A stretch of DNA of 64,000 nt, from positions 1,281-65,280 of the forward strand of contig VGXE01000007.1 of NCBI GenBank assembly GCA_016873455.1, given 5' to 3'. Source of the stretch: Nitrospira sp. Its GTDB lineage: Bacteria > Nitrospirota > Nitrospiria > Nitrospirales > Nitrospiraceae. Positions 37,846 through 48,734 of the stretch are shown here, one piece after another. A program made the translations under genes and the position numbers. The stretch's first letter is position 1. Every line of letters begins with the position of its first letter. The notes below the pieces were generated by a model. The model did not search any database. It was not told where the DNA came from and worked only from the letters and a program-made list of their open reading frames with translations.

Positions 37846-38745
37846 TCACAGGGGCATCGAGGGACGCACGTTCAATTTCTCTCGTTCGGCTTTCGCCCGC
37901 TCCAGCGCGCGTTCGATTCCCGCCGCATCACCTGCCTTGATCAACTGCTTCAATTCTTCCAAGGCTCGTTCGTATCCTTCGATGAACGACACCACGTTGT
38001 CCCGATTCCATAAGAAAATATCGCGCCACATTTCGGGAGAGCTGGCGGCAATCCGTGTCGTATCCCGCAACCCGCCTCCGGAATGGCCGGCCAGATCCAG
38101 CGAGGGAATCTGGTGATCGCGCAGCTCGGCCAGCGCATTCATGAGCGCAAAAGCGGCCACATGCGGCAGGTGGCTGACCGCGCCGAGGATTTGATCATGG
38201 AGATGGGGGTCCATGGTCAACAGAATCGACTCGGTGGCCTCCCACATTTGCTTGATGTGTTCCAACGCGCGTGGGTCGGTCCGCTTGGTCGGCGTCAGAA
38301 TGCAGCGCGCGCCCTTGAACAATTGATCGGATCCGGCCGCGACGCCGGTCTTCTCTTTCCCGGCGATCGGATGGGCTCCGACAAAATGCACGCCGGCCGG
38401 CATGGCCGCCTCCGACCGCTCGACCAATGTCCCCTTCACGCTGCCCACATCGCTCACGATGGTGCCCGGCGTCAAGCAATGCGCCCACTGCTTGAGATGG
38501 CGTTCGTACGTATCGACCGGCGTCGCCAGAATCACCAGATCCGATCCTTGCACCCCGTCTGTGGGATCGGCCACATACCGGTCTATCGCGCCGACGCTCA
38601 CGGCCGTTTTGAGATTCTCCAGGCTCCGACCGACGCCCACAACATGATCCGCCAGCCCTTTGCGCCGAAGGATCATCCCCAGCGATCCGCCGATCAGCCC
38701 GACCCCGATAATCGCCACCTGTTTGAAATGAACCGCCATCGGCAA
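37846..38745 (-). CDS. tyrA: Prephenate/arogenate dehydrogenase
   Basis: [10 protein letters not shown] Rossmann motif, DVGSVK, GAHPIAG catalytic His region. Confidence 0.9.
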   Translation of the reverse strand: MPMAVHFKQVAIIGVGLIGGSLGMILRRKGLADHVVGVGRSLENLKTAVSVGAIDRYVADPTDGVQGSDLVILATPVDTYERHLKQWAHCLTPGTIVSDVGSVKGTLVERSEAAMPAGVHFVGAHPIAGKEKTGVAAGSDQLFKGARCILTPTKRTDPRALEHIKQMWEATESILLTMDPHLHDQILGAVSHLPHVAAFALMNALAELRDHQIPSLDLAGHSGGGLRDTTRIAASSPEMWRDIFLWNRDNVVSFIEGYERALEELKQLIKAGDAAGIERALERAKAEREKLNVRPSMPL

Positions 38746-38748
38746 AGC

Positions 38749-39762
38749 CTACACCTCTCTCCCGACGGCTTTGGCAATTGCGGCCAGGTCGTGCATCAAC
38801 GCTTTGAATTTCGCCGGCACGATCGACTCCTCGCCGTCGCACAACGCACATTCGGGATTGGAATGGACCTCGATCAAGAGGCCATCGGCGCCGGCGGCGA
38901 CCGCCGCCTTCGACATGGGCTCCACCAAGTCCCACTTGCCCGTGGCATGGCTGGGATCCACGATAACGGGGAGGTGCGACAGTTTTTTCAGCGTCGGAAT
39001 GGCCGCGAGATCGAGTGTATTCCGATATTGGGTTTCAAACGTCCGGATGCCCCGTTCACAGAGCATGACATTCCGATTGCCCCGCGACATGATGTACTCC
39101 GCGGATAAGAGAAACTCTTTGATGGTCGCGGAAAGGCCCCGTTTCAGAAGCACCGGCTTGTCATAGGCGCCGACTTCCTTCAGCAGCTCAAAGTTCTGCA
39201 TGTTCCTGGCGCCGACCTGGATGATGTCCGCTTTTTCCAGAAACAGTTCGATGTCGCGGGTGTCCAGGATTTCGCTGACGACCGGCAACCCGGTCTGTTT
39301 CCTCGCCTCAACCAAATAGTCCAGCCCTTCCCGGCCCAACCCTTGGAAGGAATAGGGTGACGTTCTGGGCTTGTAGGCGCCGCCTCGCAGCACCGACGCT
39401 CCGGCGGCTTTGACCTCATGAGCGATGCCCAGCGTCAATTCAAGCCGCTCGACCGCGCAAGGACCCGCCATCACGGCCAGTTTCTTATCGCCGATCTTCA
39501 CCCCGTTCACATCGATGACCGTTCCTTCTTTTTGAAACTCCCGGCTCACGAGTTTCCACGGCGCCAGGATCGGCAAGACGCTCTCGACACCAGGAAGGGC
39601 GTTCAGCGGCTGGTTGTGCAAGATCCGGTCGTCGCCGATCACCCCGATGATCGTGCGTTCCTGTCCGGTGGAAATCTGCGATTTCAATCCCAGATCCCGC
39701 AGGCGATCGATGATATGGTCCACTTGGCTTTCGGACGCATCCGGTTTCAACACGATAATCAT
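38749..39762 (-). CDS. aroF: 3-deoxy-7-phosphoheptulonate (DAHP) synthase, type I-beta with N-terminal regulatory domain
   Basis: N-terminal ferredoxin-like segment ([11 protein letters not shown]...), [26 protein letters not shown] motifs. Confidence 0.92.
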   Translation of the reverse strand: MIIVLKPDASESQVDHIIDRLRDLGLKSQISTGQERTIIGVIGDDRILHNQPLNALPGVESVLPILAPWKLVSREFQKEGTVIDVNGVKIGDKKLAVMAGPCAVERLELTLGIAHEVKAAGASVLRGGAYKPRTSPYSFQGLGREGLDYLVEARKQTGLPVVSEILDTRDIELFLEKADIIQVGARNMQNFELLKEVGAYDKPVLLKRGLSATIKEFLLSAEYIMSRGNRNVMLCERGIRTFETQYRNTLDLAAIPTLKKLSHLPVIVDPSHATGKWDLVEPMSKAAVAAGADGLLIEVHSNPECALCDGEESIVPAKFKALMHDLAAIAKAVGREV

Positions 39763-39785
39763 GATTCCCTCGCAGTTCTGCTCTT

Positions 39786-40862
39786 CTACTTCAACACGGC
39801 CTTGAGCGCATGGAGGAAGACGGCGTTCTCCTCCGCCTGGCCGATGGTGACCCGAAGCATGGTTCCTTCGATGTGGCGTACGATGATCCCTTCGCGCAAC
39901 AACGATTCGAACACCCGGCGCCCGTCCCGCTTGACGTCGAAGTAGAGAAAATTCGCCTCGCTTGGGATCGGCGTGAATCCCAGCATTCTCAGTCCCTGCC
40001 CTACTTGCTCCATCCCCGCGGCATTGACGGCCCGACTCTTTGTGACGTGCTCATCATCCTCTAACGCAGCCAAGGCCGCCCGCTGGGCAAGGCTATTGGC
40101 GTTGAAGGGGGGCCGCAGCCGATTCAGCAGATCGTTGATGGCTGGCGTGCTGATGCCGTACCCGATCCGCAATCCCGCCAACCCATAGATTTTGGAAAAC
40201 GTCCTCAGGACAATGGCATTGCGTCCTTGTTTCACGTACGCAAGCGTATCGGGAAATCGCGGATCGCGGACATATTCATAATAGGCCTCGTCGAACACCA
40301 CGATGACATCCTCCGGCACGGCGGCCATGAGCCGGGTGACCGCCTCGCCCGACACGATCGTTCCCGTCGGATTGTTGGGGTTGCAGAGGAAGAGCAGCCT
40401 TGTTCGGGGAGTCACAGCCCGGACCATCGACTCGAGATCATGCGTCCAATCGGCCAAGGGGACGATGACCGGCTTGCCGTGCGCGGCTGTCACTTCCATC
40501 TTGTAGATGACAAAGGTGTGATCGGCCATCACGGCTTCGTCGCCTGGGGCCAAGAATGTTCGGGCCAGCAACCCTATAATCTCATCCGACCCATTACCCA
40601 GAATGACCTGCTCGTGTGTCACTTTCCAGCGATCGGCAATCGCCTGACGAAGCCGATAGGCACCCCCATCAGGGTACCGATGCAGCTGGCCGGCTGCACC
40701 CTCCAACGCGGCCACGGCCTTCGGGGAAGGGCCGAGCGGATTTTCATTGGAGGCGAGTTTGATCACACGGGTCAACCCAAGCTCACGCTGGAGTTCGTCG
40801 ATCGGCTTGCCCGGCACATACGGGCTCAGCGATTGGATGTCTGGATGGACGTGGAGCGCCAT
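39786..40862 (-). CDS. hisC: Histidinol-phosphate aminotransferase
   Basis: LASNENPLGPSP, NPNNPTG, and FSKIYGLAGLRIGY (PLP lysine). Confidence 0.92.
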   Translation of the reverse strand: MALHVHPDIQSLSPYVPGKPIDELQRELGLTRVIKLASNENPLGPSPKAVAALEGAAGQLHRYPDGGAYRLRQAIADRWKVTHEQVILGNGSDEIIGLLARTFLAPGDEAVMADHTFVIYKMEVTAAHGKPVIVPLADWTHDLESMVRAVTPRTRLLFLCNPNNPTGTIVSGEAVTRLMAAVPEDVIVVFDEAYYEYVRDPRFPDTLAYVKQGRNAIVLRTFSKIYGLAGLRIGYGISTPAINDLLNRLRPPFNANSLAQRAALAALEDDEHVTKSRAVNAAGMEQVGQGLRMLGFTPIPSEANFLYFDVKRDGRRVFESLLREGIIVRHIEGTMLRVTIGQAEENAVFLHALKAVLK

Positions 40863-40866
40863 GGGT

Positions 40867-42042
40867 CTACTGATGAGCCGGATAGGAGCCGAGAATCTTC
40901 ATGAAGAGACACCGCCCCTTCACTTCTTCGATGGCCTTGCTGAGCCGGTCTTCCGCAATGTGGCCTTCGACGTCAACGAAGAAGATATATTCCCAGGCTT
41001 TCCGCTGCGAGGGCCTGGATTCAATTTTCGTCATGCTGATCCCGTGTGAGGCGAACGGGCGAAGCAGGTCGTACAGCGCGCCCACCTTGTCCTTGATGGA
41101 CAACATCAAGGACGTCTTGTCCCTTCCCGTCCGCTCCGACGGTTTCTGCGACAACACGAGAAACCTGGTCATGTTATTCACATTGTCTTCGATGCGGGCC
41201 TTGATGACTTTGAGCCCATACAACTGGCCGGCCAATTCGGAGGCAATGGCCGCCGACGACGGTTCGTCGATGCAGAGCTCGGCCGCGCGCGCGGTGCTGG
41301 CGACCTCAACAGCCGGGACGTGCGGAAGATTGGTCTCCAACCAGTTTCGGCATTGGGCGATCGCGTGCGGATGCGAGTGGATCTTCTTCACGTCTTCAAT
41401 CAAACCGGACTTCGACAGGAGATGGTGCGAGACTTCCTGCAGGACTTCGCCGTAGATCAGCAGGTTGGAATCGATGAACATGTCCAGGGTGTGATTGACG
41501 ACCCCTTCGGTGGTATTTTCGATCGGCACAACTCCGAAATTGGCCCGCCCCCGTTCGACCTCATTGAACACCTCTGTGATGCTATGGGCCGGCACATACT
41601 GAGCCGATGAGCCGAACTTCTGCATACAGGCCATGTGGGTAAAGGTCGCGCGCGGCCCGAGATAGGCAACCTTCTGGGGTCCCTCCAGCGACAGCGACGC
41701 CGACATGATTTCCCGATAGACCGAGCGGATGGCGTCGGTGGGAAACGGGCCGGTATTGAGCTTCGTCAGCCGTTCGATGATCGCGGCTTCCCGTCCCGGC
41801 GTATGGAGGTTGGCCTCCGCATCCTTGGCCTTCTTGATTTTGCCGATCTCGATGACGCTCATGGAACGCTCATTCAGCAGGCGGATGATCTCGTCGTCGA
41901 TCCGATCGATCTCTTGCCGATATTCGAACATGTCTTTGGGCATCATGCGCTCGCTCGGCCATCCGGCCAGTCGAATGGCTCGGCTTGGGCCCACCCATCC
42001 CACTGTGGAGGGAGAAGTCTGGAATTGTACAGGATCGGTCAA
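40867..42042 (-). CDS. pheA: Bifunctional chorismate mutase / prephenate dehydratase (P-protein)
   Basis: CM domain (RQEIDRIDDEIIRLLNER), PDT domain (GVVPIENTTEG, TRF) and C-terminal ACT domain (ESRP). Start may be at M33/M34 (41946 or 41943). Confidence 0.92.
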   Translation of the reverse strand: MTDPVQFQTSPSTVGWVGPSRAIRLAGWPSERMMPKDMFEYRQEIDRIDDEIIRLLNERSMSVIEIGKIKKAKDAEANLHTPGREAAIIERLTKLNTGPFPTDAIRSVYREIMSASLSLEGPQKVAYLGPRATFTHMACMQKFGSSAQYVPAHSITEVFNEVERGRANFGVVPIENTTEGVVNHTLDMFIDSNLLIYGEVLQEVSHHLLSKSGLIEDVKKIHSHPHAIAQCRNWLETNLPHVPAVEVASTARAAELCIDEPSSAAIASELAGQLYGLKVIKARIEDNVNNMTRFLVLSQKPSERTGRDKTSLMLSIKDKVGALYDLLRPFASHGISMTKIESRPSQRKAWEYIFFVDVEGHIAEDRLSKAIEEVKGRCLFMKILGSYPAHQ

Positions 42043-42122
42043 ATCTCTTGCAAGGAAGATGCTGAGGACTCAAGAGAACCGGCCATGAGCGCACCGGATT
42101 CCGGGCCTCTCTCCACTGGCGC

Positions 42123-43127
42123 CTACAGGAGCCTGGCCGGCGGTTTCTTAAAATGCTCGAACGCCAGCTTGGTCACTTGGCGGCCACGGCCGGTTCGATC
42201 CAAAAACCCGGCTTGAATCAGATAGGGCTCGTAGACATCCTCGATGGTGCCTCTGTCTTCCTGCACTGCCGCGGCAAGCGAATCCACGCCGACCGGTCCA
42301 CCGTTGAACTTGTCGATGATCGTGAGCAGAATCTTTCGGTCCATGTCGTCGAACCCGGCTTCGTCGATGCCCACCCACGCCAGACCGTCCTGCGCCACTC
42401 GTTTGGAAATACGGCCGTCGGCCTTGACCTGGGCATAGTCCCGGATCCGTTTGATCAGCCGGTTGACGATCCGGGGGGTCCCGCGTGCGCGGCGCGCGAT
42501 CTCCGCGGCCCCGTCCTGATCAATCTCCACGCCCAGGACCCCGGCCGACCTCGTCACAATGGCTTGAAGTTCCGGCGGCGAATAGAATTCCAGCCGGTAG
42601 ACCAGTCCGAACCGGTCTCGCAGGGGCGATGTCAGCGCGCCGGCCCTGGTCGTCGCCCCCACGAGGGTAAACCGAGGCAGGTCGAGTTTGACCGTCTTGG
42701 TCGCAGGACCTTGGCCGATCACCAAATCCAACTGATAGTCCTCCATCGCCGGATAGAGGGCTTCTTCGACCGAAGCGGGCAACCGATGAATTTCATCGAT
42801 GAAAAGCACATCGTATTCCTGCAAATTGGTCAGGATCGCCGCCAGATCACCGGCATGGGCAAGCACCAGCCCGGAGGTAGACCGCAGAGTGGCCCCCATT
42901 TCCTTGGCGATGATATGGGCGATCGTGGTCTTCCCCAGGCCAGGCGGGCCGTAGAAGATGGCGTGATCCAGCGAATCGCCCCGTTGCTTCGCTGCTTCAA
43001 TGCAGATGCGCAGCGACTCTTTCATTTTCTCTTGCCCGACATAGTCGCCGAGCGTCTGCGGACGCAGCACGTTCTCGAGCCCTCGCTCGTCGTCCATCAC
43101 ACGGTTCGTCAGAACTCGCTCGGTCAT
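42123..43127 (-). CDS. ruvB: Holliday junction branch migration helicase RuvB
   Basis: GPPGLGKTT Walker A, FIDEIHRL Walker B, RuvB winged-helix C-terminus. Confidence 0.97.
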   Translation of the reverse strand: MTERVLTNRVMDDERGLENVLRPQTLGDYVGQEKMKESLRICIEAAKQRGDSLDHAIFYGPPGLGKTTIAHIIAKEMGATLRSTSGLVLAHAGDLAAILTNLQEYDVLFIDEIHRLPASVEEALYPAMEDYQLDLVIGQGPATKTVKLDLPRFTLVGATTRAGALTSPLRDRFGLVYRLEFYSPPELQAIVTRSAGVLGVEIDQDGAAEIARRARGTPRIVNRLIKRIRDYAQVKADGRISKRVAQDGLAWVGIDEAGFDDMDRKILLTIIDKFNGGPVGVDSLAAAVQEDRGTIEDVYEPYLIQAGFLDRTGRGRQVTKLAFEHFKKPPARLL

Positions 43128-43139
43128 CTTGGCGTAGGA

Positions 43140-43631
43140 CTACTTGCTGTCAGGTATCTGTTGATACTTGGGCGGTGGTGGCACCGCGCCTTGCCCCGGC
43201 GTCGCCGTGCTGCTGCAATCCGGGGGACAAACCCTTCCTCCCTGCTTCGGGTCCGGGAAGGTCGTGTCCATTTTCCTCAATTGACACTGGGAGACCCGCC
43301 CACCGTCCTTCGCGCCACAACGGGACGGGACGGATGAGCCGCCGATTTCCGCATACCCTTCCGGGCAAGAACCGCAGACGGCCAGCATGTTGGCTCCAAG
43401 CGGCACACATTCGACGAGTGTCGGATCCCCCTCTTTGCAAATTTCTGCCGACTGCGTGACACCGGTGGTTGCATACCCGTCAGGACAGCTCCCGCAAGTC
43501 ATCCTGATGCTTTTGGGCTCGGCAGACTCGTCCGCCATTCCCAAACTCGGGAAAGTCCCCGCAACCAGCGAACCTCCTAGGCCGACGATGATCACCAGCC
43601 TTCCGATATGAGCCGACGCCTGTGTGAACAT
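43140..43631 (-). CDS. Secreted cysteine-rich hypothetical protein with internal CGSCP[DE]GYA repeat
   Basis: Signal/TM segment IGRLVIIVGLGGSLVAG, 10 Cys, duplicated CGSCPDGYATTG / CGSCPEGYAEIGG, Pro-rich tail. 2 nt after the ruvA stop and 12 nt before the ruvB start. Confidence 0.55.
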   Translation of the reverse strand: MFTQASAHIGRLVIIVGLGGSLVAGTFPSLGMADESAEPKSIRMTCGSCPDGYATTGVTQSAEICKEGDPTLVECVPLGANMLAVCGSCPEGYAEIGGSSVPSRCGAKDGGRVSQCQLRKMDTTFPDPKQGGRVCPPDCSSTATPGQGAVPPPPKYQQIPDSK

Positions 43632-43633
43632 GG

Positions 43634-44242
43634 TTACCCCCTTGCAAGTTCCTTGAGTCCTTCGCGGATCAACTGTTTGAGCGCAACCGGGCCTGCAACA
43701 GCCTTAGTGACTCGCTTCAACGCCTCTTTCGCGTCTTGTGGGCGATAGCCTAAGTTTACCAGAGCTGAGAGCGCATCCTCGAACGGCCCATCCACGCCGT
43801 CCGGTTCACGTACGGGAACTTGGGCGGAAACCGGCTGAATTTTCCCGACCTTGTCTTTCAACTCGAGGGCGATCCGGCTTGCGGACTTCTTCCCAATTCC
43901 AGGCACCGTCGACAATTTGTCCACGTCTTCGGTCTGAATCGCATGGACCAACTCAGCCACGGGCAAGCTGGACAGCACACTGAGGGCGAGTTTAGGACCA
44001 ATGCCCGACACGGTCGTCAGGAGAAGAAACGAATCTTTCTCGCTCTTTGAGAGAAAGCCGAACAGCTGGATCGCATCTTCCCGAAGATGGGTGTGAATAT
44101 TCAGCGCGGTAATGTCGTCGAGATTGGGCAGGGCGTAATAGGTGCTGAGTGGGATATGCACTTCATAGCCGACCCCTTGAACATCCAGCGTGAGGTGCGT
44201 CGGAGCTTTGAACGCCAACCGCCCCGTCAAAAAGGCGATCAT
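43634..44242 (-). CDS. ruvA: Holliday junction DNA-binding protein RuvA
   Basis: OB-fold N-terminus, two HhH motifs (VSGIGPKLA, VPGIGKKSA), domain III. Confidence 0.95.
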   Translation of the reverse strand: MIAFLTGRLAFKAPTHLTLDVQGVGYEVHIPLSTYYALPNLDDITALNIHTHLREDAIQLFGFLSKSEKDSFLLLTTVSGIGPKLALSVLSSLPVAELVHAIQTEDVDKLSTVPGIGKKSASRIALELKDKVGKIQPVSAQVPVREPDGVDGPFEDALSALVNLGYRPQDAKEALKRVTKAVAGPVALKQLIREGLKELARG

Positions 44243-44283
44243 CTCATCTCATGATCCCGGTAACAGCGGTGGACCCAGCCGGC

Positions 44284-45039
44284 CTATCCAGCGGTGATGG
44301 CGACCTTTTCCATCACTTCATCGGAGATATCAAAATTCGCGTGGGCCTTCTGCACATCGTCGTGCTCGTCCATGATTTCCATCAGCTTGAGCATCTGCTC
44401 GGCGGGTTTTTCATCGAGACGAACGGTATTTTGCGGGATGTAGGTAATCTCGGCAAGCACGGTCTCAATCTTGGCATCGGCCAACGCCTTCTTGACCGCT
44501 TCAAAGTCGTGAGAATCCGTGATGACCTCGAAGGATTTGTCGCCGACTTTGACATCTTCCGCCCCGGCGTCAAGCGCCAACGAGAGCAACCGGTCTTCGT
44601 CCACCTTAGCCTTGTCGACGGTCAAGAGCCCCTTCTTGTGAAACTGCCACGCCACGGCCCCCGCTTCCGCCATATTCCCGTGGTTTTTGGTAAACAGACT
44701 GCGAATTTCCGCCACCGTGCGGTTGCGATTGTCGCTGGTGATTTCGAGCAGCAGCGCCGTGCCTCCTGGCCCATACCCTTCCAGTGTAAACTCTTCGTAG
44801 GTCACCCCTGGCAACTCACCTGTGCCGCGCTGGATCGCCTTCTTCAGCGTATCCCCTGGCATATTGGCTTCCTTGGCCTTGGCAATGGCCAAACGCAGAC
44901 GGGGATTGCCGTCCGGGTCCCCACCCGAGCGAGCGGCGATCGTCACCTCACGAATAATTCTGGTAAAGATTTTCCCGCGTTTGGCGTCCTGAGCGCCTTT
45001 GTGTCGTTTGATGGTCGCCCAATGGCTATGTCCACCCAT
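44284..45039 (-). CDS. YebC/PmpR family transcriptional regulator
   Basis: MGGHSHWATIKRHKGAQDAKRGKIFTR is the family-defining N-terminus. Confidence 0.95.
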   Translation of the reverse strand: MGGHSHWATIKRHKGAQDAKRGKIFTRIIREVTIAARSGGDPDGNPRLRLAIAKAKEANMPGDTLKKAIQRGTGELPGVTYEEFTLEGYGPGGTALLLEITSDNRNRTVAEIRSLFTKNHGNMAEAGAVAWQFHKKGLLTVDKAKVDEDRLLSLALDAGAEDVKVGDKSFEVITDSHDFEAVKKALADAKIETVLAEITYIPQNTVRLDEKPAEQMLKLMEIMDEHDDVQKAHANFDISDEVMEKVAITAG

Positions 45040-45138
45040 ATCTACCCTCCTCTACCCAACCTTGCACACGTGGTCGGCTAGAGATGCGTGAGAACCACCA
45101 ACTGATTGTGACCGATGAAACTACTACTGCCGAATCCA

Positions 45139-45861
45139 CTACATGAATTTCATGAACTTGTCCTTGGCATCATCCATCACTTGCGCCGTGATGGTGGCCA
45201 GCCCTCGCTCCTTGGCCATCCGCTCCACTTCTTTCCGTGCCATCGGACGGATGAAATCAGGAATGTTCTCCAACCGCTGCTCGGCTTCGCGTGACCAGGT
45301 CATGCCCTCCGGAGAGTAATTCTTGGAATCATCCATCACTTGCAGCGTGATGCTCTTGAACCCCTGCTTGCGCGCATAGCCCTCCACACTCGCCTGCACC
45401 ATCGGCTTCACGAACGCCGGCAGCCGATCCAGTTTCTCTTTTGCATCCGCCGTCCATGTGAATTCCGCAGGTCCGCCGTTCATCGGCTTCCCGGAGTTCG
45501 TCAATCCCATCTCAGCGACCATGGCGGAGAAGGGGCAGCCGCTCGCTTTTTCAGGGGCCTTCGCAGGCGATGTCGCCGTGGCCGCGATCGCTGGTGCGGC
45601 CGGATTGGGCGTTGGAGCGGAGGCAGTCTGGCCATTGCCTCCGAGGGCGCGCAACCCATCCAGAGAGGCGGCCGGCTCGGCCTTCGGGCTGAGCTTCAAA
45701 CCAAGGGAATTCATCATGTTCGTTTCGCCGGCGTTGGTGACCATCGAAAACTTGGCATGGCAGGACGGACAACCGAAGAACACTCCAAGAGAGCTTTCAC
45801 CAGGCTTTTCAACCTTTTCCAGATTCATATAGGTTTCACAATTGAGACACACGAACTTCAT
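45139..45861 (-). CDS. Zinc-ribbon protein with two C-terminal PCP_red-like domains
   Basis: N-terminal CLNC...CPSC ribbon, Ala/Pro linker, then FTWTADAKEKLDRLPAFVKPMVQASVEGYARKQGFKSIT and MTWSREAEQRLENIPDFIRPMARKEVERMAKERGLATIT. Confidence 0.7.
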   Translation of the reverse strand: MKFVCLNCETYMNLEKVEKPGESSLGVFFGCPSCHAKFSMVTNAGETNMMNSLGLKLSPKAEPAASLDGLRALGGNGQTASAPTPNPAAPAIAATATSPAKAPEKASGCPFSAMVAEMGLTNSGKPMNGGPAEFTWTADAKEKLDRLPAFVKPMVQASVEGYARKQGFKSITLQVMDDSKNYSPEGMTWSREAEQRLENIPDFIRPMARKEVERMAKERGLATITAQVMDDAKDKFMKFM

Positions 45862-46042
45862 ATTCGCTCCTCTCGCAACAGCTGACGCGTATCCCTCGAT
45901 CCGTCTACTTGCGCAGCAGTTTCACAAGTTCGAACTGGTGAGAATCGTGAGCGGGAGTACCGTAACACGGGGCTTTTAGGCGAGTCAAACCACTCAGATG
46001 AGGGGGACCTGCGGCAGGGAACCATCCGGCTACCCTCAGTCC

Positions 46043-47917
46043 CTAAATCGAGTACTGGAACACCGGCTTGGTGCCGATGGCTTGGGCCAACACGCCCCGT
46101 TTCTTCAGCTCGCCCATGATCTGTTTGGTCGCGGCATCCAGATCGGTCAAGCCGACCAAGACCACATCGGTGTTGGGCGGGGGTTCTTCCGCCGTCTTGC
46201 TCATGTGCACAGCGATGAGGGGTGCCGGATTCACGAGCGTGCGGATCGCCTGCGCCGCTTCGTGGTAGGCTAAGCCGAACGGATTGGTTGTGGAGACGAC
46301 GATCAACCCGGTATCAGTCAGCAACCGCGCGACTTCGCCATACCGTCGCGCCATCTCGGCTGTCTGCCCCCGCTCGTCTTCGCTGAGATCAGCATCGAGC
46401 CCGCGCCGTAAATTTTCGCCGTCCAATAAGTAGGCGTGCCGGCCGTCGGCTACCAGCTGCCCTTCCAGCTTGCGCGCCAGCAACGACTTGCCTGTATGTC
46501 GGCCGCCCGTAAAAAGGACCACGGCCGCCCGGTGTCCATACTGTTTGGCACGGTCTTCGACTCCCACCTCGCCCTTGACCCACGCAAAGTCCCGTCGGCG
46601 CGCTTCCTCGCGCAAAAATTCCTGATCGTCGTGCACCAGTTCCGTGATAATGCCGCCCCCGGCGATGTCGTATTCATCGACGAGGACGAAGCGGCCGGTC
46701 GACTCGAATGAAGACGAAAGGTCAAACGCCAGGGGAGCCTTCGTACGGAAGGTCAATTCCGCCACTTGGTTCTTCCCGACTGAGTGGCTGCCCTGTTGCT
46801 GGGCTAAATCCATCGTATCAATGATGCGATGGATGGAGACCACTTCACAGTCCACTTCCTTGGTCGCGACGCGCAATAAATATTTGCGTCCCTTTTCGAG
46901 CGGCTTTTTCCCCAGCCAAAACACGTTGGCGCGAAACGCAGTCGAGACGGAGGGCAGCTGCTCTTGGTGAGACGCGATCTCACCACGTTCTACGAAAATC
47001 TGTTCGTCCAGCGTGATGCCGATCGATTGCCCGGCCTCGGCCTCCATCGGTTGTGGTTCGACGTTGAATGCCTCGACTGATTGAATATTGGCCCGCTTGT
47101 TCGAGGGAGAAAACACGAGATGATCGCCGACCTTCAACCGGCCCGCCGTAATGCGGCCCGTAATGATTCGTCGCGCATCGAATTTGTAGACGTCCTGCAC
47201 GGGCAACCTGAGCGGCTGCTCCGACCGGGCCGCTTCTTTCTTGAAGAGGCTCAATGTGTCGAGGACCGTAGGGCCGGTATACCAGGACATCTGTTGGCCG
47301 CGACCGACGATATTGTCCCCCAGCTTGGCACTGACCGGAATGAACTGCGTCGGCACCGCTTTGAACTGCGCCAGAAACTCCCGGTACTCCTTTTCGATCC
47401 CATCGAAGACATCTTGCCGGTAGCCAACGAGATCCATCTTGTTGACGACCACGGCGAACTGACGGACTCCGAGCAGCGACAGCAGATAGCCGTGCTTCTT
47501 GGACTGTTCCCTGACGCCTTCGAGCGCGTCGATCAACAGCAGCGCTGCTTCGGCGCGCGCCGCGCCGGAGATCATGTTTTTCAGGAATTCTTTGTGGCCC
47601 GGTGCATCGATAATGATGTACTGGCGCCCCTTCCAGATAAAAAACGTCCGGGCCGTATCGATCGTAATGCCTTGTTCTTGTTCTTCCAAAAATGCATCGA
47701 ACAGGAACGCGTACTCGAATTCTTTCCCTTGCTGGCGGCAGATAGCCTGAACCTTTTCGAGCTTGCCCTCCGGCAACGAGCCCGTATCGGCATAGAGCCG
47801 TCCGACCAGGGTGGACTTCCCGTGATCCACGTGCCCCACGATCACGATATTGAGGTTCTCTTCCGGTTTCGAGATGCTGCGTGTCAACGCCGTCGGCATG
47901 GCCGTATTTTCCATCAC
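46043..47917 (-). CDS. cysN: Sulfate adenylyltransferase subunit 1 (CysN GTPase) fused to a divergent APS-kinase-like domain
   Basis: [14 protein letters not shown] and NKMD GTPase boxes. The C-terminal ~180 aa carry P-loop GGRHTGKS and [10 protein letters not shown], but the rest departs from CysC motifs. Confidence 0.88.
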   Translation of the reverse strand: MMENTAMPTALTRSISKPEENLNIVIVGHVDHGKSTLVGRLYADTGSLPEGKLEKVQAICRQQGKEFEYAFLFDAFLEEQEQGITIDTARTFFIWKGRQYIIIDAPGHKEFLKNMISGAARAEAALLLIDALEGVREQSKKHGYLLSLLGVRQFAVVVNKMDLVGYRQDVFDGIEKEYREFLAQFKAVPTQFIPVSAKLGDNIVGRGQQMSWYTGPTVLDTLSLFKKEAARSEQPLRLPVQDVYKFDARRIITGRITAGRLKVGDHLVFSPSNKRANIQSVEAFNVEPQPMEAEAGQSIGITLDEQIFVERGEIASHQEQLPSVSTAFRANVFWLGKKPLEKGRKYLLRVATKEVDCEVVSIHRIIDTMDLAQQQGSHSVGKNQVAELTFRTKAPLAFDLSSSFESTGRFVLVDEYDIAGGGIITELVHDDQEFLREEARRRDFAWVKGEVGVEDRAKQYGHRAAVVLFTGGRHTGKSLLARKLEGQLVADGRHAYLLDGENLRRGLDADLSEDERGQTAEMARRYGEVARLLTDTGLIVVSTTNPFGLAYHEAAQAIRTLVNPAPLIAVHMSKTAEEPPPNTDVVLVGLTDLDAATKQIMGELKKRGVLAQAIGTKPVFQYSI

Positions 47918-48711
47918 ATGTACCCCTTCTTCCGCAGCATCTCCATCCCGCGTCCTGCATCCTGTGCTCGACCGGCCCGCTCGGCGATATTCGTCCCTCG
48001 CAGTTCCTCAAGGATTTCATCCACCGTCTTAGCGGTAGACTTGATGGGCGTGGTGCAGGGGGCACAACCCAGACTCCGATAGCGGGTCCCGTCTCCTCTG
48101 TCCAGGTAGAGATCCATGAAGGGAATGTTTTCAGCCTTGATGTATTCCCAAATGTTGATCTCGGTCCAATCCAATAGCGGATGAACCCGGATGTGCGTCC
48201 CCGGGGGAAAGGTCGTCTTAAATTGGTTCCAGAGTTCCGGCGGCTGGTCGCGGAAGTCCCAATCGCCGTGCTTGTCGCGCGGAGAAAAATACCGCTCCTT
48301 TGCCCTGGTCGCATCTTCATCGGCTCGGACGCCCAAAATGATGCCGGTGTAGCCCTTTGACTCAACCAGATTCTTCATCGCATTGGTCTTGAGCGCCGTG
48401 CAGCACACATCCCGGCCGAGCGTGTGATTCATGCCGGCGGCGAGGGCCTCCTTGTTTTGTCCGACGACCAAGTTCAACCCCCATTCGCGGGCCAGCCGAT
48501 CGCGGTACTCGATCATCGCGGGAATCTTGTAGCTGGTGTCCACATGCAGCAGCGGAAACGGCACATGGCCAAAGAACGCTTTACGGGCCAGCCATAACAA
48601 CACGGTCGAATCTTTGCCCATCGACCAGAGCATGCCCAGGTTGTCGAAATGCTTATACGCTTCCCGAAAAATATAGACGCTTTGATCTTCCAGCTGTTGG
48701 AGATGTTTCAT
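47914..48711 (-). CDS. cysD: Sulfate adenylyltransferase subunit 2
   Basis: PAPS-reductase-fold PP motif [11 protein letters not shown]. Overlaps cysN by 4 nt. Confidence 0.93.
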   Translation of the reverse strand: MKHLQQLEDQSVYIFREAYKHFDNLGMLWSMGKDSTVLLWLARKAFFGHVPFPLLHVDTSYKIPAMIEYRDRLAREWGLNLVVGQNKEALAAGMNHTLGRDVCCTALKTNAMKNLVESKGYTGIILGVRADEDATRAKERYFSPRDKHGDWDFRDQPPELWNQFKTTFPPGTHIRVHPLLDWTEINIWEYIKAENIPFMDLYLDRGDGTRYRSLGCAPCTTPIKSTAKTVDEILEELRGTNIAERAGRAQDAGRGMEMLRKKGYM

Positions 48712-48734
48712 GACCTAACCCTCTGATCCTTTGT

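Noticed and set aside
46980-48365. 461-aa minus-strand ORF overlapping cysN and cysD in another frame
   Set aside because: The translation is Arg/Gly/Pro-rich and non-homologous to anything I recognise. The overlapping frames encode canonical CysN and CysD.
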